NCBI GenBank assembly: GCA_964587725.1
Contig: CAZPLO010000011.1
Coordinates: 13,212-39,567, forward strand
DNA from: an uncultured archaeon
Lineage (GTDB): Archaea; Altiarchaeota; Altiarchaeia; IMC4; SCGC-AAA252-I15
Direction: 5' to 3'
DNA: 26,356 bases
Shown here: positions 8,135 through 15,865 of the stretch, one piece after another
Layout of the letters: every line of letters begins with the position of its first letter
Numbering within the stretch: the first letter of the stretch is position 1
Notes under the pieces: generated by a model
The model's database searches: none
What the model saw: only the letters and a program-made list of their open reading frames with translations
Told to the model about the DNA's origin: nothing
Made by a program: the position numbers and the translations under genes

Positions 8135-8881
8135 ATGGGTTCCGTAACCTTCCTGGGCACCGGCGGAGGCAGGTTCGTACTGCTCACCCAGAAACGGTTT
8201 TCAGGCGGCCTGTGGATGGAATTCAACGGCGTCAGATTGTCGTTGGACCCGGGTCCCGGAGCCCTTGTGAGGGCCCTCCAGTTCAACCTCGACCCCGGTT
8301 TACTCGACTGCGTCATCAGCTCCCACAAACACCTGGACCACTACAACGACGTCGAAGTGTTGGTGGAGGCTATGACCCACGGCCTCAACCGCCGCAAGGG
8401 CCTGCTGGTCCTCCAAAAGGACGTGGTCGAATACATTTCAGACTACCACTGCAGCGCCGTTGAAACACTGGTGCCGGAGCCAGGCGACACATTCAAGGTC
8501 AAAGACCTCGAAGTCGACGTCATCCCCACATCCAACCACGTCGGCGGCCTCGGATTCCGCTTCAACACGTCGGAGGGTGCCGTGACATACTCGGGGGACA
8601 CGGGATACGACAGAGACATAGTTAGGCACTACAAAGATTCCAGGCTGCTCATACTCAACACCATCTTCCCGTCGTGGAGAAGGGCGGAAACCCACCTGAA
8701 CACGGACGACGCGGCGGAGATAGCACGTGAAGCCCGCCCCGACCACCTCGTAATCACCCACTTCGGAGTCCGCATGCTCGAGAAAGGCCCTGAAAAAGAG
8801 GCGGCCAGGATACAGGATGAAACCGGAGTCCACACCCTCGCCGCCGAAGACGGCATGGCATTGAACCTGAGGGAACTCTAA
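8135..8881 (+). CDS. Metallo-beta-lactamase-fold hydrolase
   Basis: FLGTGGGR, LDPGPG, SHKHLDH (HxHxDH), YSGDT, THL and ITHFG. Confidence 0.92.
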   Translation: MGSVTFLGTGGGRFVLLTQKRFSGGLWMEFNGVRLSLDPGPGALVRALQFNLDPGLLDCVISSHKHLDHYNDVEVLVEAMTHGLNRRKGLLVLQKDVVEYISDYHCSAVETLVPEPGDTFKVKDLEVDVIPTSNHVGGLGFRFNTSEGAVTYSGDTGYDRDIVRHYKDSRLLILNTIFPSWRRAETHLNTDDAAEIAREARPDHLVITHFGVRMLEKGPEKEAARIQDETGVHTLAAEDGMALNLREL

Positions 8882-8898
8882 CCACGCCCTCGCCAAGT

Positions 8899-10665
8899 TT
8901 ATTCCACTGTCACACTCTTAGCGAGGTTTCGTGGTTTGTCCGGGTCCAGGCCCTTCAACACCGATATGTAGTAGGCGAACAGGTGCAGTGGGACAATGTT
9001 GAGGATGGGCGCGAACAGGGGGTTGGTCTTAGGCACCTTGATCTCCCTGCCCGGAACGGCTATGACTTTGGCGCCGCGGGCCCTGATTTCGCTGACGTTG
9101 GATTCCACCTTCTCCCGCAGCTCGTCCGACGGCATCAACGCGATGACGGTCACGCTCTCGTCCATCAGCGCCAGCGGCCCGTGCTTCAGCTCCCCCGCAG
9201 GATAGCCTTCGGCGTGCACGTAGCTGATTTCCTTCAGCTTCAACGCCCCCTCCAAAGCCGTGGGGTAGTTCTCCCGCCGGCCCACGTAGAAGAACGACTG
9301 CGTCTTAGCCTGCTGCTCCGCCAGCCGCCTCACGCTACCGGATTTTAAAATAATTTCGATTTTTTCACTAATATCTTCAATTTCCTTTAAATAATTTAAA
9401 AACTCATCTTCACCCACCTGGGCTGTTGCGTGCCCAGCCTCCAACGCCAGCCGGGCGACCGCAACCAGCTGCCCCACATACGCCTTGGTGGATGCGACCG
9501 CAATCTCCGGTCCAGCGTGGATGAATACTGTGTCGTCGGCCACCCGCGTCAGACTGCTACCCACAACATTCACTATGGAAGCCACATAAGCCCCCCTCTT
9601 TTTAGCCTCCTTGACGGCGGCGATGGTGTCAGCGGTCTCGCCGGACTGTGAGACGGCAATAACGGCGCAGTCCCCGCCGACCGACTCCACGGTGGAGTAG
9701 CGGAACTCGGAAGCGATGACGGCGTCGGCGCTCAAGCCGAAACGCTCCATCAGATACCTCCCGTACAACCCCGCGTGGTAGGCGGTACCGCATGCGACAA
9801 AGTAAATCCTACGCCGGTCGGCTAGCTTCGAAGCCACCGTCCTGAAAACATTGGACTCCTTCAGCGCGTTCGCAGCAGCCTGCGGCTCCTCATGTATCTC
9901 CTTCAGCATGAAATGGTGGTACCCCGACTTCTCAGCCTCCCTGATGTTCCAGCTGATCTTCTCCGGCTTCTTCCTCACCCTCTTCCCAGTCTTGAGGCTG
10001 TAGAACTCTGCACCGTCCCTGGTGACCTTCCCGTATTCCATGTCGTCCAGGAACACGGCGTCCCGCGTCTCCGCCAGGAACGCCGGAGCATCCGACGCCA
10101 CGTAGTTCTCGTTCTTCCCCAAGCCAACCAGCAGCGGGCTCTCGTTCCGCGCCACCACTATGGTGTCGGGCTCGTGGGTGGACAGAGCAGCAATCGCGTA
10201 ACTCCCCCTCAGCTTCTCCAACGCCCTCCGCACCGCCTCCAGCAGGTTGCCGTCGTAGTAGCCTTCTATGAGGTGGGCGATAACTTCCGTGTCGGTTTCG
10301 CTCTTGAACGTGTGGCCGCGCTCCTCCAGCTCCGCCTTCAACTCCACGTGATTCTCTATGATGCCGTTGTGCGCGACCGCGATGTCGCCTGTGCAGTCGC
10401 CGTGGGGGTGGGAGTTCACCTGCGACGGAATCCCGTGGGTGGCCCAACGGGTGTGGCCGACGCCGATGTGCCCCTGCATGCTCTCAGGCTTAAGCCGCTC
10501 CCGCACCTCATCCACCTTACCCCTGTCCTTCGGCATGTGGATGCGGCCGCCGTAGATGTAGGCTATGCCTGCGGAGTCGTAGCCCCTGTACTCCAGACGC
10601 TTCAGCATGTCGAACAAAACCTCCGGAGCCTTCTTCGGACCCACATACCCCGCTATACCGCACAT
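8899..10665 (-). CDS. glmS: Glutamine--fructose-6-phosphate transaminase (isomerizing)
   Basis: MCGIAG, RLEYRGYDSAG, GHTRWATHG, SQSGETADT, EGALKLKEISY and DKPRNLAKSVTVE. Confidence 0.98.
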   Translation of the reverse strand: MCGIAGYVGPKKAPEVLFDMLKRLEYRGYDSAGIAYIYGGRIHMPKDRGKVDEVRERLKPESMQGHIGVGHTRWATHGIPSQVNSHPHGDCTGDIAVAHNGIIENHVELKAELEERGHTFKSETDTEVIAHLIEGYYDGNLLEAVRRALEKLRGSYAIAALSTHEPDTIVVARNESPLLVGLGKNENYVASDAPAFLAETRDAVFLDDMEYGKVTRDGAEFYSLKTGKRVRKKPEKISWNIREAEKSGYHHFMLKEIHEEPQAAANALKESNVFRTVASKLADRRRIYFVACGTAYHAGLYGRYLMERFGLSADAVIASEFRYSTVESVGGDCAVIAVSQSGETADTIAAVKEAKKRGAYVASIVNVVGSSLTRVADDTVFIHAGPEIAVASTKAYVGQLVAVARLALEAGHATAQVGEDEFLNYLKEIEDISEKIEIILKSGSVRRLAEQQAKTQSFFYVGRRENYPTALEGALKLKEISYVHAEGYPAGELKHGPLALMDESVTVIALMPSDELREKVESNVSEIRARGAKVIAVPGREIKVPKTNPLFAPILNIVPLHLFAYYISVLKGLDPDKPRNLAKSVTVE

Positions 10666-10770
10666 TTTATCCGCTTTTTATTTGGAAATGTGCTTACTCC
10701 GGGCTGTTAGCCCGTCGTCCGCACATTTTACCTATTCTTAACCACCGTCGGCGTCGTCCCCGCACATTTT
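10658..10770 (-). repeat. Three direct copies of CCGCACATTTT, one spanning the glmS start codon, plus one inverted 8-mer
   Basis: Copies at 10658-10668, 10719-10729 and 10760-10770; inverted AAATGTGC at 10686-10693. Confidence 0.8.
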
Positions 10771-10828
10771 CAACGCCAAATTCGGCTGTACTATTTTTAT
10801 TAGTTATGTAATAATAAAGACGTAGGCC

Positions 10829-11881
10829 ATGAATTCACGCTACTGCGGCTGCTGGACGGCGTTGGTGACGCCGTTCAACGGCAAAACCAAGGTGGACTGG
10901 GGTCAGCTGGAGAAAAACGTGGGATTCCAGGTCGAGCAGGGGATTTCAGGTGTGCTGCCGATGGGAAGCACCGGCGAATCAGCGACCGTAACCCACAAGG
11001 AGCATTCCAAGATAATCGAGAACGTCGCAGAATACTCTGGAGACGGCTGCAGTGTGCTGGCGGGCACGGGCAGCAACAGCACCGACGAAGCCATATTCGA
11101 GACCCGGAGGGCTGTTGAAGCCGGCATAGAATCGTGCCTGCTCGTCGACTGCTACTACAACAAGCCGTCCAGCATGGAACTGCGGCTCGAATACTATAAG
11201 CCCATACTTGATGAGTTCCCCGACGTAGACTTCATAGCGTACGCGATACCGGGCCGGAGCGTCACCGTCATAGTGCCGGAGGACCTTGCCGTGCTCCGGG
11301 GCGAACACAAAAACCTGGTGGCTGTGAAAGAAGCAACCGGCGACTTTGAAAGGATGAGGCGCACCCGGGAACTGTTGGACGACGACTTCAACGTCATAAG
11401 CGGAGACGACCCCAACACATACGGGATGATGACGGACCCCTCGATAGGGGCGTCCGGCGTGATATCGGTGATAAGCAACATCACACCCGCCCCCATCGAA
11501 GAGTACACGCGGTTGATACTCGACGGGAAGGCTGATGAAGCCCGCGAAATCGACGAGGCGCTGCAGCCGCTGTTCGACCTCGTCGGCGTGAAAACCACGG
11601 AGGAGGTTACGCTGCCCGGCGGGGAAAAAGTCCAGGTGGCATATAAGTTCCCGAACCCGGTGCCGGTGAAGACGATGATGAACGGCCTCGGCATGATAGA
11701 CGGCCTCTGCAAGCGCCCCCTCGGCAGGCTCACACCCCAGGGTGTGAAGCTGGTGCGTGACACGCTTACGCAGGTGTGGGAGAAGAACCCCGAGTTCCTC
11801 CAGCCCATAGAAGGATACTACGGTGTCAGCGTGACCGAACGCCTCGCAGACAACAGTGTATGGGAGAAACTAAGCTACTGA
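10829..11881 (+). CDS. dapA: 4-hydroxy-tetrahydrodipicolinate synthase (long variant)
   Basis: TALVTPF, GSTGES, AGTGSNST, YYNKPS, YAIPGRS, VKEATGD (Schiff-base Lys), SGDD and PNPVPVK. Confidence 0.9.
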   Translation: MNSRYCGCWTALVTPFNGKTKVDWGQLEKNVGFQVEQGISGVLPMGSTGESATVTHKEHSKIIENVAEYSGDGCSVLAGTGSNSTDEAIFETRRAVEAGIESCLLVDCYYNKPSSMELRLEYYKPILDEFPDVDFIAYAIPGRSVTVIVPEDLAVLRGEHKNLVAVKEATGDFERMRRTRELLDDDFNVISGDDPNTYGMMTDPSIGASGVISVISNITPAPIEEYTRLILDGKADEAREIDEALQPLFDLVGVKTTEEVTLPGGEKVQVAYKFPNPVPVKTMMNGLGMIDGLCKRPLGRLTPQGVKLVRDTLTQVWEKNPEFLQPIEGYYGVSVTERLADNSVWEKLSY

Positions 11882-11884
11882 AAC

Positions 11885-12505
11885 ATGAGGTTAAGCGACC
11901 TTCCGTGCTCGGACGTTAAGGGAGGCAGCATAGTCTTCGCCGCGGGCAGCTTCGAACAGCACGGCCCACACCTCCCGCTTTCAACGGACACGTTGATTGC
12001 GGAGGCGGTTGCCGGGAAGGTGGCTGAGAAACTGAATGCGCTCACGGGGCCGTCGATTACGGTGGGTGTTTCGCCGGAGCACATGTGTTTCCCAGGGACG
12101 CTGACCCTCAACCCCTCCGCGTTCAAGACGGTCGTAACCAACCTGGTCGAGTCCATGCGCCGCCACGGATTCGATGAAATAATGCTGGTGAACGGCCACG
12201 GAGGCAACAACCGCGCCCTGTCGGAGCTCAACGTCGACGTGAAGGTGGTGAACCTCACCAGTCTGCTGGAACGATACGACCACGCCGGCGAAGTCGAAAC
12301 CAGTCTGATGATGCACCTCCACCCCGGCCTGGTGCGCGAGAACAGGATACGGAAGCACGAGTTCCGGTGGCCGGGGAAGAAGGAGTGGAAGGACACCCGG
12401 GAATTCACCGAATCCGGCGTATTAGGCGACCCTACAGAAGCCACCTCCGAAAAAGGAAAGGCCTTGTTCGATGAACTCGTTGAGAAAGCTCTGGAGCAGG
12501 CTTAA
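11885..12505 (+). CDS. Creatininase-family amidohydrolase (possibly ArfB-like deformylase)
   Basis: GSFEQHGPHLPLSTD, GVSPEH..FPGT, VNGHGGN, DHAGEVETS and SGVLGDP. Confidence 0.88.
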   Translation: MRLSDLPCSDVKGGSIVFAAGSFEQHGPHLPLSTDTLIAEAVAGKVAEKLNALTGPSITVGVSPEHMCFPGTLTLNPSAFKTVVTNLVESMRRHGFDEIMLVNGHGGNNRALSELNVDVKVVNLTSLLERYDHAGEVETSLMMHLHPGLVRENRIRKHEFRWPGKKEWKDTREFTESGVLGDPTEATSEKGKALFDELVEKALEQA

Positions 12506-12948
12506 ACGTCCTTAGTCAGCAGGGGTTTCCTGTCTGACGCATCCGCCGCCGCCGCCTCGCCTATGAACACGGTGTGGTCTCCTGCGTCGCACTCCCCAAC
12601 CAGTTTGCAGTCCAGGTAAGCGGCGGTGTCTCTGAGCACGGGGCACCCTGTGTCGGCGGTGTCGTATTCTAAGTCCTTGAATTTGTCGGTGTCTCGGCCG
12701 CTGCTGAAACCGAAGTTCTCGTACAGTTCCGTCTGCCCGTCAGCCAACACGTTCACGCAGAACACGCCCGCCTCACGTATTAGGTCGTGGGTGAAACGGG
12801 TTTTGCCGACGGAAACCATTAGCAGCGGCGGCACATGGGATACGCGGGAAACCCATGCGGCGGTCATTCCGTTAACCCTATCGCCTGCTTTCACGGTGAT
12901 GACGTGGACGCCTGCGACGACCTTGGCGAACGCCTCCTCAGAGTTCAT
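12502..12948 (-). CDS. Flavin reductase-like FMN-binding protein
   Basis: GVHVIT, NGMTAAWVSRVSHVPP, FCVNVL, SGRDTDKF and AGDHTVFIGE. Confidence 0.9.
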   Translation of the reverse strand: MNSEEAFAKVVAGVHVITVKAGDRVNGMTAAWVSRVSHVPPLLMVSVGKTRFTHDLIREAGVFCVNVLADGQTELYENFGFSSGRDTDKFKDLEYDTADTGCPVLRDTAAYLDCKLVGECDAGDHTVFIGEAAAADASDRKPLLTKDV

Positions 12949-13286
12949 TTTTTCAGCGCCATTATGGCTTCGGCGATGTCGCCCTTCGCCTTCTCCAGCG
13001 CCTCCACCGCCTTGTCCTCGCTCACCCCCGTCTGGGCTGCGACCATTTCAACGTCCTCCTGGCTTATGTCGGCAGCCGCTTCGGAATCCGCCTCCTTGAT
13101 TTCGCCCTGGACCTGGAACATCGTCTGCCCCTGTATTTCGGTCTTCACAACCGACGGGCTCTCCACTATGATGTCACGGTCCACGCACCGGATGATGACC
13201 TGCTCGGCATCTATCTCCTCGGTCTTGATGCCCATCTTCTTCATCATCCGCTTCATCTGCTTGGGGTTCACGCCTCCTGGAAACAT
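12945..13286 (-). CDS. nac: Archaeal nascent polypeptide-associated complex protein
   Basis: NPKQMKRMMKKMGI, GQTMFQVQG and the UBA-like tail EDVEMVAAQTGVSEDKAVEALEKAKGDIAEAIM. Confidence 0.95.
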   Translation of the reverse strand: MFPGGVNPKQMKRMMKKMGIKTEEIDAEQVIIRCVDRDIIVESPSVVKTEIQGQTMFQVQGEIKEADSEAAADISQEDVEMVAAQTGVSEDKAVEALEKAKGDIAEAIMALKK

Positions 13287-13322
13287 GGTAGATTAATATG
13301 GGCCGGCGGTTAAAAATAGGTT

Positions 13323-13862
13323 ATGCGACTGTTCCTTGCCCTCCAATGCAGTGCCGACGTGAGGGAGAAGCTGGCTGCCCTGCAGCCGCAGCTCCTGGAC
13401 ATGGGCAGGTTGAAGGCTGTTGAATCTGAAAACATGCACGTGACGTTGAAGTTCTTGGGGGGCGTGGATGAAGGACGGTTGGGGGCCGTCACGTCCGCGC
13501 TGGAGAAAGTATCTGCCAGTTCCTTCACCGCGGCGGTGGAGGGGTTGGGGGCGTTCCCCAAACCGGATTACCCGCGGGTGGTGTGGGCGGGCCTGTCCGA
13601 CGGATTCGATGAAGCGGTGGAACTGCACTTGAAGGTGGATGAGAGGCTGGCCGGGTTCAAGCCGGACAAACGCTACCACCCCCATGTCACGTTGGCGAGG
13701 GTGAGGGGGCCGGTGGACAAGCCGGGTTTGAAGGCGTTTCTGCAGGCCCATGAAAAAACGGTGTTCGGCTCCTACAGTGTGTCGTCGTTCGACCTTATGG
13801 AGAGCAGACTGTCCCCTAAGGGCCCCACGTACTCTGTGGTTGAAAAGTTCCCCCTGGAGTAG
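13323..13862 (+). CDS. thpR: RNA 2',3'-cyclic phosphodiesterase (2H family, LigT/ThpR)
   Basis: MRLFLAL, two HxT motifs (HVTLKFLG and PHVTLARV), PRVVWAG and ESRLSPKGPTY. Confidence 0.94.
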   Translation: MRLFLALQCSADVREKLAALQPQLLDMGRLKAVESENMHVTLKFLGGVDEGRLGAVTSALEKVSASSFTAAVEGLGAFPKPDYPRVVWAGLSDGFDEAVELHLKVDERLAGFKPDKRYHPHVTLARVRGPVDKPGLKAFLQAHEKTVFGSYSVSSFDLMESRLSPKGPTYSVVEKFPLE

Positions 13863-13895
13863 GTTTTTTATACCATATTCCTATTCGTTTACTGT

Positions 13896-14600
13896 ATGGA
13901 GAAGATAAGCACCGGCGTCTCCGGCCTGGACGAAATGCTCCACGGCGGACTGATAGCTGGAAGGCCCTACCTTATAACCGGCGGCCCCGGAGCCGGGAAA
14001 ACAATAATGTGCATGCAGTTTCTCATGGAGGGCATCAAAAACAACGAGAAATGCCTGTACGTGGCGTTGGAGGAGCAGGCGCAGGAGCTGAAGGAGGACA
14101 TGGCGTCGTTCGGCTGGGACCTGCAGAGGATAAAGATACTCGACACCATGCAGGACATGGCCTCCGGTGTGTGGGCGATAAAGACCGCGGGCGTAATATC
14201 GAAGCCTGAGTTCACGCTGAAGAACCTGATAGAGGCTATACGCAACATCATGGTGTCCTACAAGCCGAAGAGGATGGTCGTCGACTCCCTAACCAGCATC
14301 AAGATGCTGTATGAGAGCATGACGGAAGCCCGCCAGGAGATACTCGGCCTCCTGAACTTCCTTGAGGCGACTGGGTGCACGACCCTGCTGACGTCGGAGT
14401 TGAGCGGCCCGGAGGTGCTGATGGAGGAGTTCCTCACCAGCGGCGTGCTGAAGATACACCTGATAGATAACGAAGGCGAAAGGCTTTCTGCGGTGAGTGT
14501 CCAGAAGATGAGGGGTTCGTCGTTCGACAAGCACATGCGGCCGATGAAGATAACCGACACGGGAATCGTCGTCTTCCCAAACGAGTCCGTGTTCGGCTGA
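13896..14600 (+). CDS. Single-domain KaiC/RAD55-family ATPase (copy 1)
   Basis: STGVSGLDEMLHGG, Walker A GGPGAGKT, ALEE, Walker B VVDSL, TTLLTSE and QKMRGS. TTTTATA just upstream suggests its own short-leader promoter. Confidence 0.93.
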   Translation: MEKISTGVSGLDEMLHGGLIAGRPYLITGGPGAGKTIMCMQFLMEGIKNNEKCLYVALEEQAQELKEDMASFGWDLQRIKILDTMQDMASGVWAIKTAGVISKPEFTLKNLIEAIRNIMVSYKPKRMVVDSLTSIKMLYESMTEARQEILGLLNFLEATGCTTLLTSELSGPEVLMEEFLTSGVLKIHLIDNEGERLSAVSVQKMRGSSFDKHMRPMKITDTGIVVFPNESVFG

Positions 14601-15356
14601 CTACTTGAATATGACCTCTTCGGGGTAGACCTTCAGTCCTTCCTCGGTTATTTTGACCGGGCGTACGCCGCTGTCGTGTGATGTTCCGCGGACCTTCCGC
14701 ACCATCATGCCGCGCTCGAACATCCCGTCTTTCTCGCGCATCATCATGTAGATGACGCCGTCTGACAGGAACATGCTGTCCCGCCAGTAGCCTATGCCCT
14801 CTTCCACGGTGGCGAGCGTCGTCACATCGAGTTTCTTCAAATGTTCGACCAGCCAGATAATCTGCATCCTCGCCACCACCTCAGAGTTGGCGAGCAGTGT
14901 CACGACGGTCAGCGGGTCTATGACCACCCGTTTCGCGCCGATGCTCCTGCAGTTTTCCGCTATCTCCCTGTACAGGGAGTCCACGGTAAGGTACTGCCGC
15001 AGCTGCTCCACCCGCTTCTGGTCCTCTCCGGAGGCGCCTTTTTCGAACGTCGACTCGACGTCGCCGACGATGGATTTGATGTAGGGGATTATCCTCAGTT
15101 TTCCGTCGTCCTCCAGCTTCTTCAAATCCCAGCCGAACCCCTTCATGTTTGAGATGACGCGCTCCCGGTCCTCCTCCAGCATGATGTAGACTCCGGGTTC
15201 GCCGTACTCTACGGCGCCGTTGTATAGGAATCCCATGGACAGTATGCTTTTGCCCGTGCCGGACTCTCCAAGGACGACGTATGTTCCGCCTTCTGGCAGT
15301 CCGCCGTTTAAAAGCTCGTCCAGGCCGGCTACCCCGGACTTGACTCTGCCGTCCAT
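14601..15356 (-). CDS. Single-domain KaiC/RAD55-family ATPase (copy 2)
   Basis: SGVAGLDELLNGG, Walker A GESGTGKS, MLEE, VVIDPL, FLSDGVI and RKVRGTSH. Confidence 0.92.
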   Translation of the reverse strand: MDGRVKSGVAGLDELLNGGLPEGGTYVVLGESGTGKSILSMGFLYNGAVEYGEPGVYIMLEEDRERVISNMKGFGWDLKKLEDDGKLRIIPYIKSIVGDVESTFEKGASGEDQKRVEQLRQYLTVDSLYREIAENCRSIGAKRVVIDPLTVVTLLANSEVVARMQIIWLVEHLKKLDVTTLATVEEGIGYWRDSMFLSDGVIYMMMREKDGMFERGMMVRKVRGTSHDSGVRPVKITEEGLKVYPEEVIFK

Positions 15357-15363
15357 GTCGGGG

Positions 15364-15741
15364 TCAGCCTTTGGAGACGATGCGCATCCCGGCCGGCACC
15401 ACCAGCAGCTTGTCGTCGGACACCCTGCCTATGTCGCCGTCCATCTCCACGCACGCGTCCCTCAAGTCCTTCACAATCCCCTTCAAAAGGGTGCGGTTGT
15501 GCATCAGGGCCTTCACGTTCAGAACCACGACGTTGTTCTTCTCCAGCTCCGCCAGCACGTTCCCCACGCCCTTCCCGTCGCTGTCCAAGTCCAGGGGTTT
15601 AACGTAGGTCACGTCCTCGCTCTCTATGATTTTACCGTCCCTGACGCTCAAGTCGTTAAGGTAGTCTTCTATGTCGATTTCCTCGGAGGAGAATCCATCG
15701 TCTCCGCCCCCGCCGCCTGATAAAAGCTTCCTGAAAACCAT
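15364..15741 (-). CDS. sepF: Cell division protein SepF
   Basis: Amphipathic N-terminus MVFRKLL, acidic linker, then ELEKNNVVVLNVK and MDGDIGRVSDDKLLVVPAGMRI, typical of archaeal SepF. Confidence 0.85.
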   Translation of the reverse strand: MVFRKLLSGGGGGDDGFSSEEIDIEDYLNDLSVRDGKIIESEDVTYVKPLDLDSDGKGVGNVLAELEKNNVVVLNVKALMHNRTLLKGIVKDLRDACVEMDGDIGRVSDDKLLVVPAGMRIVSKG

Positions 15742-15865
15742 GCTTCCACACCTCAAAAAACAGGTTATGAGTATACTAGCATACTATTGTTATTATATGT
15801 TTATAAAGAACCTCCGGCCTCCAGAAGGCATTTTATATATGAATCACATAGTATTGTCCCCCAAG
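15742..15865. promoter_or_regulatory. AT-rich divergent promoter region between sepF and cdc6
   Basis: TTTATAAA (15800-15807) and TTTTATATAT (15831-15840) with approximate dyad symmetry. Confidence 0.6.

Noticed and set aside
10666-10828. Bacterial glmS ribozyme or a mini CRISPR array
   Set aside because: No recognisable ribozyme core was seen. The repeats are only 11-17 bp with irregular spacing and there are no cas genes.
13896-15356. Circadian clock (KaiABC) or RadA/RadB recombinase call
   Set aside because: These are single-domain proteins with no kaiA or kaiB in the window. The EE and KxRG motifs indicate the KaiC/RAD55 family and not RadA.
15671-15865. Long N-terminal extensions in the ORF track (cdc6 from 15671; also aroB' from 1172, hycI from 20440, ehbP from 22327, ehbO from 22740, ehbN from 23813)
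   Set aside because: They run through neighbouring genes or promoters; downstream starts match family N-termini and stop-start overlaps.
15742-15865. Replication origin next to cdc6
   Set aside because: The gap is short and I could not identify repeated ORB elements with G-strings, so it is not called without a genome-scale analysis.
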